Assembly: GCA_030704615.1 (NCBI GenBank)
Contig: CM060733.1
Location: forward strand, 28,644,001-28,708,000
Direction of reading: 5' to 3'
Length of the DNA stretch: 64,000 bases
From: Takakia lepidozioides
Lineage: Eukaryota > Plantae > Bryophyta
Below, one piece after another: positions 49,565 through 62,918 of the stretch. The notes beneath the pieces are model-generated. The model was not told where the DNA came from, did no database searches, and saw only the letters and a list, made by a program, of their open reading frames with translations. Within the stretch, counting starts at the first letter, position 1, and each line of letters begins with the position of its first letter. A program made the translations under genes and the position numbers.

Positions 49565-52130
49565 CAGATGCGTAGTACCTGTCAATAAACATTCTTTGAA
49601 GAGAAGGAATGGCAGAAGAGGGTGTGTGCTGGATGCTTCATCGTCTTTTTATAACAACCACAAAGGGCCGAGACGGAAGAAAGTCGTTCAGGGAGAGTCC
49701 ATCAAGAGGGGTTGCCTCTGTCAGTTTAGGATTGGACGATGCTACCTGGATCCTTCTCTTGCTGTCATAACATACTACAACAAAAACCATGTTAATGGAT
49801 GTGACAAGGTCTGCCATGGCCACATTGATCCGACTTCTAGTAACACCCATTTCGTGCACGCACCTCACCTTAGTGAAGAGGCTAAGATGTGGATAACGGA
49901 TAGCATACGTGTTGGGTTGTCGCCTGCTGAAATCATGGCCCAACATGAACAACAGGTATTTGATAGCAAAGTCAATGGAGAGAAGTGGTGTCGTGATGAT
50001 GTTGTGCTTGAGCATAACATTAGAAACATCATGGACAAGTTGGCATGTGAGACTTTCAAGCGACATAAAGACGAGGGGACCAGTCTGAAGATGTGGAAGG
50101 AGGCCCAGCCCCAGAGTGTTTTCTTCTATCAAGAGGACACGCCTGATGCCCCTGCAAGAGGAACACGGCGCGACAGTGTCGACCTCAAATTTGCCATTGG
50201 CATTCAAACAGAATTTCAGAAAAAAAAACAATGCTCCAAATGGGTGACAAACGTATTGTCTCTTGTGATGCGACCTTCGGAACGAATGAACACAAGGTGT
50301 GTGGAATCGACGGCGTGGACTCCTGGGAGCATGCGAGCATATCATCTTTCACTATGAAGGGGATCAATGGGGAGCAAGGGGATCAGTGGAGAGCAGGGGC
50401 ACAGGGGGAGCATAGCCTTATCCGATGTGTAGGGGATCACGACACTGGGTCATCACCAGTGACCTATTAATCCCCCTATCGGATTCGACACCACGGCTGC
50501 CTCACCCCATTAGGGGACTAGACACATAGGCCAAACTCCATTATGTATACTGATCTGTGTATGTTGGGACCATTTTGGGACCATGACGTGTACTTGTGTG
50601 ATTCGTAATGAGGGGTGCGCCGGCAGGAGGGAAGACAGCTTAGCAAATGCATGCCTTGGAGGGTTATAGAGAGGAATGATGGAGAGATGGTCTCCTTCTA
50701 GGGGATCATGGCATAGCCCACAGGGGGGATCATAGAATACTAAAATGAGAATAGAAGGGGTTGCAGGGTTCAGGGTTCACCTCTTGTGATTTCATGTCAT
50801 TAATTTCAGTAAAATATTTCGCCTATTTTCAAAACAAAAGTACTTACATTGCACATTTTTGTCTTTGTGTGCAGTATGCCATGTATACTCTTATGGTCTT
50901 TGACATTTGGCTGAACGGCATCCCTGTTGCATACATAATATCTTCAAGAAACAATGCCAACGATTTGTCAAGTTGGATGTTGGCTCTTCGTCAAAGGCTC
51001 TAGGCCGATCAGCTAGATTGGCGTCCCAACGCATTCATTGTGGACGATGCCGATGTTGAGATTAACGCCATTCGGTTTGTTCTCAATCCCTCCCCCCTAC
51101 CAATGAACTTCCATTGCCTTGCCTACTTCTGCATGAGGGGAGCACTGAGAGGGGAAGGGTTTCAGTCAAAGGGGATCAGGGGATCACAAGCAGGGAGCAT
51201 TTATCAGAGATTCATACTTGTATCTGATTTTGTGGTGGTCCTGTTGTGGTGTTGTAGTGGCCTTGCTAATGCCGTTTTGTGGATGGTTCAGGCATACGTT
51301 CCCAGGGGTGTCGGATTTCCTATGCCTTTGGTACGTTCGAAGGGCCTGGCTGAGGAATGCCATCGAGAAGATCAAGGATGCCCAGTTAAGGGCCGATGTC
51401 TTGCAAGGTATGGGTGACATCATGTACAATAAAGGTGGTCCCATTGGTGACTCTTCGCAGGCCTAGGCTGTGTTTAGATTGTATGAGTTACAAACAAAGT
51501 ATCCCGCAGCTAAACTGTTCTTCTTGTATATCCACAAATGGTGGATCCCGAAAGTGGACATGTGGGTTGTTGGAGCTCGAAATATCCCACATGTCGGACA
51601 AGATACGAATGCTGGAATTGAAGCGTACCATGCGAACCTGAAGAGGCGCTTGTCCCAAACAAGACAGAAAATGGACGGGCGTCGACTAGATTGGTTGGTC
51701 TACATCCTAACAGGTAGCCTCCTCACACATTACTAGTACATTTCGACCTTGAAAGGTGAAGGGTTCATTCGCAACTCTAGGATGGAACATTTCGTGCAAA
51801 ATGCGGTGTGGATGGCTGGGCAGATACCGGAATCCAACGTGGAATTGCCCGAGCACACGGGGGATCCTGCGAAGGTAAAAAACATGTCTTCTCTAGGCAC
51901 TGTATACACTATATGCAATCCAACATCCGAGTGGGCTTGTTGTGACTGCCCTAATGCCATGGAAGGGAACCTATGCAAGCACCAAGTGAAGGTGTTCAAG
52001 ATGTTGCGGCCACATGTACCAGAGGGTTTAATTGTCCGAACTTGTGGAACATGACTTGGGACACTCAATGGGGGCATGGCCATGCTGCTCAACCTTAATC
52101 CCCTGTCCGTTGCGGAGCCTCTGTGTGACA
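49565..52130 (+). pseudogene. Mutator-type (MULE) transposase with SWIM zinc finger, intron-containing, degenerate
   Basis: CDATFGTN (D1), YTLMVFD..NGIPVAYII, FIVDDA (D2), CLW(Y)VRRAW, DTNAGIEAYH (E), SWIM CDCPNAMEGNLCKH; in-frame stops at 51001, ~51464 and ~51734. Confidence 0.85.
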
Positions 52131-53139
52131 CAGATCCCATAAGACATTGATCCCCCTGCACCAGACACGGTTCCGGCTGGCACTGTCTTGGGGGAGCAGC
52201 AGCCCTGCCATGAAACGCAGGCAACTGTCATGAGGCCATCGCAGAGGAGATGCTTGGTTACATGGCCCTTCATGCCACCATTTTTGCATTGCAAGCACAC
52301 TGCTCCCCTCCTCCCATCATCCCCCTCTTCGTGTAGTGCTTCGGCCTCTACTCCCCTGAAATGGCAGAGGTTCCCTGATCCCCTTGATCCCCCTTCTCAT
52401 CACAGCTGGCCCCCTCACACCCCTGCTTCCTGACGCTGTGCTTAGCTCCCCGTGATCCCCTTCCCATTCACTGCTCTCCCTCATCCCCCCATCCCCTGCA
52501 GCTTCGCAATGGACTTATATGCCCGGTCCCCTTCACCGTGCACTGCTCCCCAATGTATCACCCAAAGAGTTCGCTCAACAAGGCAGTGCGGCTGTCATCC
52601 GGCGGGGCAATTATTGAAGCCAGCGCCTTGTGTTTAGTGATCCATGACGTTTTGTGCGATTCACAGTGGTATGAGAGACATTTGTGGTGACCTTGGTAGG
52701 AACCATTTGGATTCCCATATTGTATATAATATATCGGACACCGTATATGTGGTTTTGAAAGCCATTATGTCTCATAACCATTATACATTCGCTTCCAACG
52801 TGAAGCCACCAGTTCAAAGTTCTCCATTTGAAAAGGAGGATATCATTGCGTTTGCAAGGCAGTGCACCATAAAACCGATGCTTCAATATCATCGTCCCTT
52901 TCAGAGAGCAAATGACATTGTCTTGGACTAAAGCAAAAGTTTGTGGGCTCTGGATCATCTTCCGACTCTCAGCTCTTGGCCATTGTTGGGCAAATTTCAG
53001 ATTTTGCTTTGGAGTTTATTTTCAGTTTTTGTTGCATGCTTATGCACCACTCGTACATGCAAGGGATGTGACCTTTCATAGTGCAAAACACGGATATGAC
53101 CTTTCACAACTTGCCCCTTCACACACGACTTTTCACCAG

Positions 53140-53830
53140 TGATCCCCCGATCCCCCGATTCGAAACCTGCCGTCCCTCACCCCGTGGTCCCCTCATCCCT
53201 TTATCCCCTGTCCAGCTCCTGACATTCCCTCCATGATCCCCTCATCTCCTGCCATGTTCCTCTGGTTCCCTGATCCCCTGGTCTCCTCGCCCGCTCCCCT
53301 CGTTCCCTCATCCCCTGATCTCCCCACCCGTCCTCCTGGTTCCCTGATCCCCTCTTCTCCCGGCCGGTTCCCCTGCTTCCCTAATCCCCTAATCTCCCCA
53401 ACCATTCCCCTGGTTCCCTGATCCCCTCTTCTCCCCACCCGTTCCCTTGGATCATTTCCCCGGCCATTCCCCTGGTTCCCTGATCCCCTGATCTCTCCCG
53501 CCCATTCCCCTGCTTCCCCGATCCCCGCTAACCCCTTATACAATCCCTTGTCTTCTTCATCCCCTCATCCCCCGACCACCCTGAACCTGAGCTCCCTGAT
53601 CCCGGGATCCCCCTGATCCCCCTTGACCCCCCCTGAACGCCTTCCAGGCTCCCTTATCTCCCTCATCCCCCGTTCCTCTGGCTAAGTCATCCCCTGTGGC
53701 ACCGACCCCCCGGTTCCCTGATCCCCCTACCCCTCGTTCAATGCCCCCCATCCGCCACATCCCTGGTTGTCTGATCCACCTCAAGGATCCCCTCACCCCC
53801 TCACCCCTTCATCCCCTTCATCCCCTTCAC
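53140..53830. repeat. Degenerate C-rich repeats (TCCC(C)TGATCCCC)
   Basis: Many GATCCCC/TTCCCTG units between the transposase and Ulp1 3' ends; the complementary GGGGATC occurs in the transposase introns. Confidence 0.7.
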
Positions 53831-53885
53831 AGCACAAGTGGACGCCAAAGAAGGCACAAATGGATTACAAAGAGGAGGACAAGCT

Positions 53886-54760
53886 TCATTTTTTCTTCGT
53901 GGGGAATGGAGATACAATAGCTACATCCTCAGCATCCGAGGCATGCACATGCGACAGTCTACGCTGCAAATCTGCATCATCCCAATTATCCACTATCCAT
54001 CCACAAAGAAAATCCTGCTTTGATATTGCGTACTCATATGTAAACCAATCTGCTGTAAAAGATGCCCCCCATTTTTTTGTGATTTTGGTCTCCAAGTATT
54101 TTTGTATGAAAGTCATTACAAAGTAGCCACACTCCCAACCGCTTGGTTGTTGTGGCACCTCAGGTTCCAGCCACTCCCATGCCATTATTTCATTCCAAAG
54201 TACTGAGTCCGGTTCGACTTTGTGTTCGTATGCTCTAAAAGTGTGAAGACCGTTTCAAAGACAAGTCGGCTATGGGATCTGAATGATGTCATGGAATTCA
54301 GATGAACAAACTTGGACTTATCAAAAACTGTCAAACTCCAATGGCCCCTGCAGAACGCACATGTGTTTGAGGCCAGACACCACTAATGCTTTCCATTCTC
54401 CAAATCAAATCAAAGTCGGTCAAAGCTGCAAATAGGAGGATTGAGGGACGTACCCAGTGCATAAGGGGATGAACCATGTCTGAACCTTATCTGGATTCCT
54501 CCCTAGGCACTTCTTAGTTACCCAATCACTTACAAGACCTTTGGAAATCCTGTGAAGGTCGTCCTTGGTTGATCCCTCCAAAGACGTCCATATCAGTGTG
54601 TCCATCAGAGCCCACCAGCAACGATTACTCTCCTCCAGGGATAGCTGCAAAATATTGGCATACAAAAACACCCCTCTATCCCCCGTTTCCCCATACAATT
54701 TTGACAACCGTAAGATAATCCCATGAACCCAGAATGGACTCCTGTGGAGTGCCTTTGAAG
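53886..54760 (-). pseudogene. Ulp1/peptidase C48-like protease, convergent with the MULE transposase
   Basis: WFIPLC, intron, GHWSLTVFD (catalytic His ~54340) and VPQQPSGWECGYFV (oxyanion Gln and catalytic Cys ~54130). Confidence 0.75.
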
Positions 54761-56600
54761 AAAATAAGGGAGCCCTTGTCCTCTAGGAGCTTTTCCCTCA
54801 GTCTATTCTAGTTTCTGCATTTAACACAAGTTCACGAAGTCACACAGGTAGGCAATTAACTGTTAAGGGTGTTTTTAAGCAACCATATCATCCCCCAATC
54901 ATGCATAAAGCCCTGCTGAATGTACTCACCATGAATTTGGTCCCCTCTTGGTCGTTGGAAGCCATGGCCCACTTACTTAGTGACTTCTGGCCGACCAGAT
55001 TTTGCCTTCCGTTTCTTCCCTGTTCTGGTGATAGCTTTACTTTCCCCCTCAGCTGCACGGTTCTCCTTCCTCCCCCGCATCATCACCTTGATTTTTTGTG
55101 CACACTTCGGCTCCCCCTCATCCTCGGGGGGTCTTTGCTTCCCCTCTCCGGTCTGCTCCCCCTTGCCCTTCATGTGTTCCTTCTCTTTCCTCTTATCCTT
55201 TGTTTCTTTCTGATCCCCCTGCTCCATGCCCTGTAGGTGCAATTGGCGTCCCGAAGTTTTTGCAACAACGACCTGCTATTGGGCTAGATGATGTTTTGCC
55301 GGAGGTCAAACCCATGTGCAAGGGGGTTGGAGCAGAAACCATAGGCGCAGGCACCGTCTGACCCGTGGTGAATGTGGAGCCAAGGGTGAGCCCCAATTCA
55401 ATATTCTAAGGATCTGTGGAAGCGATGGGAGCAGTACCAAGGGGCTGGAGTAAGCGCTCTGCTGTGGGGGAGACCAGACTATCTGCGAGTGCGGATAACA
55501 ACGGGATGGCCTGTGGATGACACGGGGGTGCACATGGGAAAATAGACATGGGCGGAACAAACCCCTCCGTTGCCAATTCGGTGTTCCCCACCAATGACTG
55601 GCGTTCAGGGGTCACCAACGTTGAAATAACCTCAACCTGTGTCGTCGGCAGAGGACTGGAAACAGCTACAAATCTGCTGGACTTGGCAGTTGGATACACC
55701 ATTCTTGGCACATTCTCCCTCTCCACGTGGGAAGTACACACAGACTCGGGATGAGTTGAAAGAGATGATTGGACAAGGGCAGAGAGTGAAGGACCACAGA
55801 GAGACACAGGAGCCCGCGACAGAGCATATACATGGAGGGGAACAGGCATGACATCGGGAACAACGTTGGGGGATGACACCTCAGGTGATGGAGCACTGAG
55901 GGGGGGACCAGAGGGAGTCACAGTAGCATGCGAGAGAGCAGACAGATATGGGGAAGAAGAGTGGAAGTCAAGGGCAGACAGGGGGGGGGGCAGGGTCACA
56001 CACGGATGCATGATTCGTAGAAGACAAATCTGGGGGAGTAGACAAAAATCGGGAGTAGAGGTGGGGGCTGCCAGGGCTAAAACGAGATCAGAAAGGGAGG
56101 GAACAGTGATACACACTAAAGATGTACCAGATGAGGGGGGAGCACAAAAAGAAAACTCATGCGAGGAGGGAGATGAGTCCGATGGGATATCATGTGGTGA
56201 GACAAGGGTAGCCACTTCTAGGGGAGTAGATAATGGAAGAAGTGCAGAGGCGGGGGGATCACATAATTGGGGAGGAGTCGTAGAGAGGGCGGCAGACACA
56301 GAGGGGGGGGCGGAGAGGAGGGTAGCACCTGGTGCGGGATCACAGATTTGAAGGGGAGCAGCGGCGGGGATATCACATGATGGGGCAGCAGAGACAGAGA
56401 GGGTAGCGGAGAGGAGGGCCGCTCCTTGGGAAGGATCAGAGATAGGAAGGGGAGAAGAGGCGGGGGCAGCAGAGATAGCGAGGGCAGCGGAGTATGTCCT
56501 TGGGGAGTATCAAGGACGAGAACATGACTGAACACAAACAAGATATCAGACTAGCGATACAAGACTAGACAAGAAGTCAAGGTCAGCATGGCCGAATGCA

Positions 56601-57152
56601 TGACGAGTAAATAGGAATTAAGACGATCTCTTTATAACAATGAACAAACGTACAAGATATTGGAACACGACTTGAATACTGGAACGCTGGAAACTGGACT
56701 GGAGTACCAGATACTGGAAACTTGGAGAGAGTACTAGGAACTGGAAACAAGAGTAGCTTGAACTGGTGTTGGCGAGACTGAAGAGTGTCCAGTCTCGCCT
56801 CTTATATATACTGGCTACTAAGAGGTTCCCTAAGAGGCTTCCCCAAAGGAGGTTTCTTGATGGAGAGGTTTCCAAGGTTAAACAAAGGTTTCTTGATGGA
56901 GAAGTTTCCTTAAACAAAGGAGGTATCTTGATAGAGAAGTTTCCTCCAAATGAAGCTTCTTAAGTAGTTTTCCAAGTTACTTTCGGTAATTTGATAAATT
57001 CCCGATAACTTGATAACTAATGGTAACTTATGATAAATCATGGTAGATCATGGTAGATCATCGTAGATCACCTAACTTTCGGTAACATGATAACTCGATA
57101 ACTTGATAACGTATTTACTCCTGGTAAGTTCCTCTGGGCTATGTCCGTGACA
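56601..57152 (-). repeat. 3' LTR of the chromovirus
   Basis: Minus strand: PPT AGAGGAGGGGGTGA (57166-57153), then TGTCACGGAC...TATATAAGAGG...CTCGTCA; the far end is approximate. Confidence 0.7.
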
Positions 57153-57306
57153 TCACCCCCTCCTCTAGCGTCGAGTTCCTCGAGGAGCAGTAAAATCTTG
57201 GACTTGCTTAGAGTTGGAGAACCTCCCTCCTTAATATGTATCAGATACACTGAATGTGGAGTGTTCACCTTGAAGCTAACTTGGCTGACATCATCGTTGT
57301 GACATC

Positions 57307-60040
57307 TTATTGACGTGTAGCTCGGGACTTAGTTGGATATTGTTGATGAAACTCTTGGACTTTGTTACATGCATTGGCAAGGTTGGATGAAGGTTCCCAC
57401 GTTCGTTCGCTGATGCCGTAGCCTTTCCAATGTACGAAATACTCAAGACGTTTATACTTGATGCGAGAATCTAGGACTTCGTCGACTTCATATTCGATTT
57501 CCTGATGACTTCGATTGGTAGAGGCGGTATGGAAACTCTCCCTGGAATATTTGATGGATGATACAACTCCAATAATAAAACATGAAAGACTGGATGGATG
57601 CACATACTTCATGGGAGTTCAAGCCGAAAACTAACCGGATTTATTTGTCGAATAATTTTGAATGGTCCCAGACGTTGATAATCCAACTTCCTTGATAGTC
57701 GCGAGGTTTGTATGTCCCGTCAAAGAAGCCACACACGATCTCTGACCTTGAACTGGGGTTGGAGTTGATGATGTTGATCAGCATACTCCTTGTATTGTTT
57801 TTGAGCTTCTGCGAGGTGGAATATAAGCTCCTTGTGAATCGTAGCAAGATGAGTAGCAAGGTTTTCTACAGCAGGACTTCCAACAGTCTTCATGTGGAAA
57901 AGGTTTGCTCGAGGATGATGACCATAATTAGAGAAAAATGGAGTTTGCTTGGTCGAAGAATGTATAGTGTTGTTGTAGGCAAACTTAGCCAATGACATAA
58001 GGTCCGTCCAATTATCTTGGTGATAATTTATCGTACAGCGAAGATACTGCTCCAAAATTTGGTTTACGCGTTCGGTTTGACCATCAGTCTGTGGATGATT
58101 AGCTGTAGAGAGATTGATCTCAGTATCCAATATGTGAAATAATCCCCTCCAGAAATTTGATATGAACTGTGGTCCTCGATCAGATACGATGTCCTTCGGG
58201 AGTCCATGAATGCGGTAGATATTATTAAGGAAGAGTCTTGCAGTTTCCTCGACGGGAACCGTCTTATTACATGGAATGAAATGTGTCATCTTTGTAAAAC
58301 GATCTACAATAACAAGGATTGAATCGATGGTTTTGGAAATTGGAAGGTCCGTAATAAAGTCCATAGATACGGATGACCATGGACCATTGGGAATGGGTAT
58401 TGGTTGAAGAAGGTCATAAGGTTGAAGTTGTGGTCCGTTTGCTCTAGCACACGTGTCGCAAAATTTTATAAATTCTTTCACAAGTTTCCACATCTGCGGC
58501 CACCAATAGTCCCTGGATATCAATTCCATTGTTTTGTTGAAGTCGAAATGTCCTGCAGCCGGAAGATCATAACATGTTTGAAGAATTCGCAGTCGTGTAG
58601 GTCCTGGAGGTATATAGAGAAGTCCCTTGAAATAAAGTTAAGTCATCTTTGAATTCGAAGTCGTTTGTAACATGTGGGTTGTCTCGAGGTCGATTTAGCT
58701 GACTTCGTAGTGTCGTAGCAAATTGGTCGCTCTTCAGTGCTTCCTGAATCTCCTTTATGATCTCTGCATCATTATAGGTGGACATGGATAACATATTCAA
58801 TTGGAGATTTGCTGGTTTCAAGATGATGGATTTCTGATGGTCGAAAGCTGTCTCCTTTTTTTTTGGTGCAAGATACGATCGTCGAGAAAAAGCATCGGGT
58901 TTCCCTTGAAGATGTCCGGGGCGATAGGTAATAATAAAATCAAACTTTGCTAGTGACATACCCCGTCTTGCTTGACGTCGATTCAAAACACGAGCACTCA
59001 TAAAATATTCGAGGTTTTTGTGATCGGTGTAGACAGTGACCTGATGTTTAGCTCCCTCCAATAGATGACGTCACTCCTCAGAAGCATCAATGATCGCTAG
59101 AAGTTCTTTGTCATGGATTTTATAATTGATCTCTGCAGCGGAAAATTTGCGAGAACGAAAACCAACAGGGTGAAGTCGGCCATCCGTACCGTATTGAGAG
59201 AGTATAACGCCAAGTGAAAAGTCCGATGCATCTGCTTCCAAACAGAATGGTTTAAATGGGTCTGCATGTACCAGTATTGAGGCCATTATAAATGTCTGCT
59301 TCAGCCTTTTAAATGCCTGGTCAGCCTTCTCGTCCCGTACAAATTTATCATTCCATGTGAGTCGTGTCAATGGTGCAGCAATTTTGGAGTAGTCAGTGAT
59401 GAAGATTCTATAGAAATTTGCAAATCCTATAAAACATTGTACATCTCGGACCGAAGTTGGTTTAATCTACTCGATGATGGTTTGTATTTTTTTCTGATAC
59501 TTAAAGACGCCTTTGTCGGAAATAATGTAGCCCAAAAATTCGACCTCAGATTGATGGAAAAGACAATTTTCCAATTTGACATATAGTCATCTTTCTCTTA
59601 ATTTATCAAGGACAAGGCGTACATGGCGGCCATGTTCTTTTTCATTCTGTGAAATATCAAAATGTTGTCTAAATAGATGACTACAAAGTCATCTAAAAAT
59701 TCTTGAGAGATGTCATTCATCATATGTTGGAAAATTGTTGGAGCATTTGTATGACCAAAAGGCATAACACTGTATTCAAAATGTCCATATCTTGTTCGAA
59801 AAGTTGTTTTCCATTTGTTTCCTTCTTTTATCCGTACAAGGTTATAAGCTCATCTCAAGTCAATTTTGGTGACGACAATGGATAACGATTCTTAATTGTG
59901 ACTTTGTTGAGACCGCAATAGTCCACACACATGCGTAATGATCTGTCCTTCTTTTTCACAAACAAGATAGTCGCCCCCGCAGGTGATTTTGAATGTCGGA
60001 TAAAGTTCTTCGACAAATTTTCATCAATGTACTCTGTCAT
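57307..60040 (-). mobile_element. Ty3/gypsy chromovirus (Tcn1-like): RT, RNase H, integrase, chromodomain; 5'-truncated
   Basis: [64 protein letters not shown], and chromodomain EYEVDEVLDSR..YFVHWKGYGISERTWEP. Confidence 0.92.
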
Positions 60041-60049
60041 GGTTTTAGT

Positions 60050-62918
60050 CATGGTTACCTAGAATTACCTACTTCTAGTTAACTAGGACATTTTAGATAT
60101 TTATATTTATATTTTGTGTGTTGAGACTTCATTTGGTCTCACATGCCAAGTGAGGTGTCGAGCCTCACTTGAGACATGGAGATAGATTTTCCCCTTGTGA
60201 GTGTTGAAGAGGCTCATCTTCTTGTAGTTGAGCCTCCATGAGCTTCTTTCACCTCTATAGCTCTAGGTATTGAGAGGGAGTGTGTTGAGGGTTTTGTAGG
60301 GTGGATTCCTTTAGCAAAGGTGCCCTTGGCTTGACTTAGTTTATGTGATAGAGTGGATTTCACTTGGAAGGACTAGGGCTTGTTCTTCATGTGATTGCTT
60401 TATGCTTTGAGAGCTTTCATTGTCTTCTACTTCTCTCATTTCTCATCTCTTATCACTACAAGAAGATCACCTTATGCTTGTGAGTGCGGAGTGTAAGGAT
60501 TAGTTTTGCACTTGTATTTTAAAGAGGTTGAGAGCTAGGAGAATTTACCTCTTGTATCACAAGGCTTGCAAGGGGTTGCAAGGAAAGATGCTCGAGTATT
60601 GCATGCACCAAGGAGTTGGAGAGCTTGAGAAGATAGCTCTTGAGTCACAAGATTTTGCAAGGATTGTAAGGAGGAAGTCTTGTGTGTGTGGAAGCATGGA
60701 TTCTAGGGTTTGAGAATCCTTTGTATGCATTATGGAGTCGATGGTGTGCGCCATGGCTTGTGGAGAGTGACTAAGGTTTGTTAGTGCTCATTTCACTATC
60801 AAGCTAGGGTTAAGCAAGTTCAAAGTGTGGATGTTGTGGAAGAGAAGCCAATGAGCTATATATGCTTGGGCTTGAAGACAACAAGGGCAAGCACTTGGAG
60901 AGCACTAAGAAGCTCAAGAGGTTTTGAAAGGGAGCATGTGAAGAAATCTTCCAATCATGGTGGTGTGGAGCCAAGCTTCATTGGAAGGGCTTGGAGAACA
61001 TGTGGTGGGAAATCCTTGAAGGGAAATCATCATTCAATGTATGCATAGCTTCACCCTAACTATGTAATGTGACAAGAGGGGGAGGCAATACTTGGCTATT
61101 CATGCTCTTGGTAGTGCGAGCTTTGTGGTGGATAGTTGACCAAGCAAGTGGTGCATGTGTGGAGCATGCTCGCTTGAGTTTGTAAGTTCAAGTTTGAGAA
61201 GGGGAGCTCTTGAACTAGCAAGAGGTGAAGGCCTTTGAGATCCATTTGTGTGTGAAGTGGAGAGGTGTTGATTCATGTTATGATGAAGGAGAGCAACACA
61301 TAGGCCAAGAGGTCATGAAACATGCATTCAAATGACCACGGGGAGCACATGGATGATGGATTGGTGCAAGACCCCAAATGAGGCATATGGCGTGAGAGTG
61401 GGATCCAAGGCGGATTGCTTGGGAGCATTATTGTAAGTGAGAAGCATTGCTCCTACACATTGAGATAATTTGTGTTGATTTGGAGCAATTGTTAAGTGAT
61501 GAGGAGACAAATGCATGATTGCTCGGCAATGGAGATATGGTAGTTTGCAATCAAATCCCAAGGACTAGAAGGGGGATTGATTTGGTGGACAATGACTTGC
61601 AAGTTGAGTTGGACCACTCTTGGTTGCACATTAGGGTGGAAGAGAGCAAGAAGATGCCTCTTATGACCACCTAGAGACCATATTTTTGCTTGAGTAGAAG
61701 CATAGAAGTCAAGGACTTGCATTCTAGCTCTTCATTACAAACCCTAGTAGTGTATGCTCAGACTATACCTCTGTTAGTATACCAAACAGGAGCTTGTCCC
61801 TTTGACTATACCTCTATTGAGGTATCACCATATGTGAACCCTAATGTGAGACTATACCTCTGTTAGTATACCAAACAAGAGCTTGTCCATTTTACTATAC
61901 CTCTATTGAGGTATCACCATATGTGAACCCTAATCAGCTCAGACTATACCTCTGTTGAGGTATCACCATATGTGGACCCTAATCAACTCAGACTATACCT
62001 CTGTTAGTATACCAAACAGAACCCTCATTTTCAGACTATACCTCTGTAAAGGTATCATCAACATAAGGGACCCTAGCAACCTCAGACTATACCTCTGTTA
62101 AGGTATCAACAGTGAAATGACTTGGTGAAATTTAAGGGCATTTGGAGGATTGTTTGAAAGATATTTGAGGGCCCTTGGAGGAGTATTTGGAGGATCTTTG
62201 GGGTCCTTGGAGGAGTGTTTAGAGGATCTTTGGGGTCCTTGGAGGACCCTTCGAGGAGCTTTGGTGGACAATGTTGAAGAGCTCTTGAAGGATTGATTGA
62301 GGGATATTGAAGGATACTTGCCACGGCCATACAAGCGAGTGGATAGAAACATGAGGGAGAGTGGTGGGATGAGAGCATTTTGGGGTTAGGAATTGATTTA
62401 GTTTATCTTCTCCATAGTCTTTCACCCTCTTTGTAGGCCAAAACCTTTCCGTAGGTGGAGGCAAGAGTCAGTCCGGGTTTGGGCTGGGGTGTCCTTGTAG
62501 GAGCGACACTGTGGAGTGTTTTTGGTGTGGGGGAGTTGCTGTCTTGATTTTCTTGTGTTTGGATCCCCTCCACACCTGCATGCTTGACTGTGCGCCATGT
62601 TAGCTTTGTGTGGGCGCTTGTTTTCATAGGAGGTTGGTCCGGATTTGATCACCAGCCAATCCTAGAGTATGCTGTCGGTGGTGAGGCTGGAGTGTTGACC
62701 AGCAAGACCACCAGTGTTTCTTCTATGGTGTGGCTGGGTTGATGACCAGCAGACCATAGGAGTGCTTGCGGTGGATGCAGGTGCAGGTACAGATCTACGT
62801 TAGAAACCTATTATTTGTGCTTGAACCAGTAGCCGCAACAGGTTCTTTACCCGGTTACCTTGTAGAAAGTGGGGATTAGAGACAGGTTGACAACCGGTTG
62901 GGTTGTGAGTTTTCATCA
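60050..62918 (+). repeat. Probable long 5' LTR region of DNMT-PHD gypsy copy C
   Basis: 60150-60520 shares blocks with LTR pieces at 10700-10985 and 22930-23106 (TTGAGCCTC, GTGGATTCC..GGTGCCCTTGGCT.GACT, TTTATCA); 62280-62918 matches 367-947 and 12331-12909. Continuity of the middle part is inferred. Confidence 0.5.
61761..62110. repeat. Array of 8 units (43-51 bp) with core (G)ACTATACCTCT
   Basis: Cores at 61761, 61804, 61850, 61893, 61942, 61991, 62034 and 62085; two unit types, one containing the hairpin ATACCTC-N4-GAGGTAT. Confidence 0.9.

Noticed and set aside
55406-56541. 297-aa Pro/Ser-rich ORF as a gene
   Set aside because: Low complexity, no recognisable motif, and it lies between TE remnants; it could be an upstream part of the Ulp1 gene but this is unsupported.
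60453-60465. CACTACAAGAA as a CACTA terminus
   Set aside because: No subterminal repeats or partner end, and the flanks align loosely with LTR sequence at 10910-10985.
61761-62110. CRISPR-like repeat-spacer array
   Set aside because: The intervening sequences are themselves repeated (two unit types), there are no cas genes, and the context is eukaryotic.
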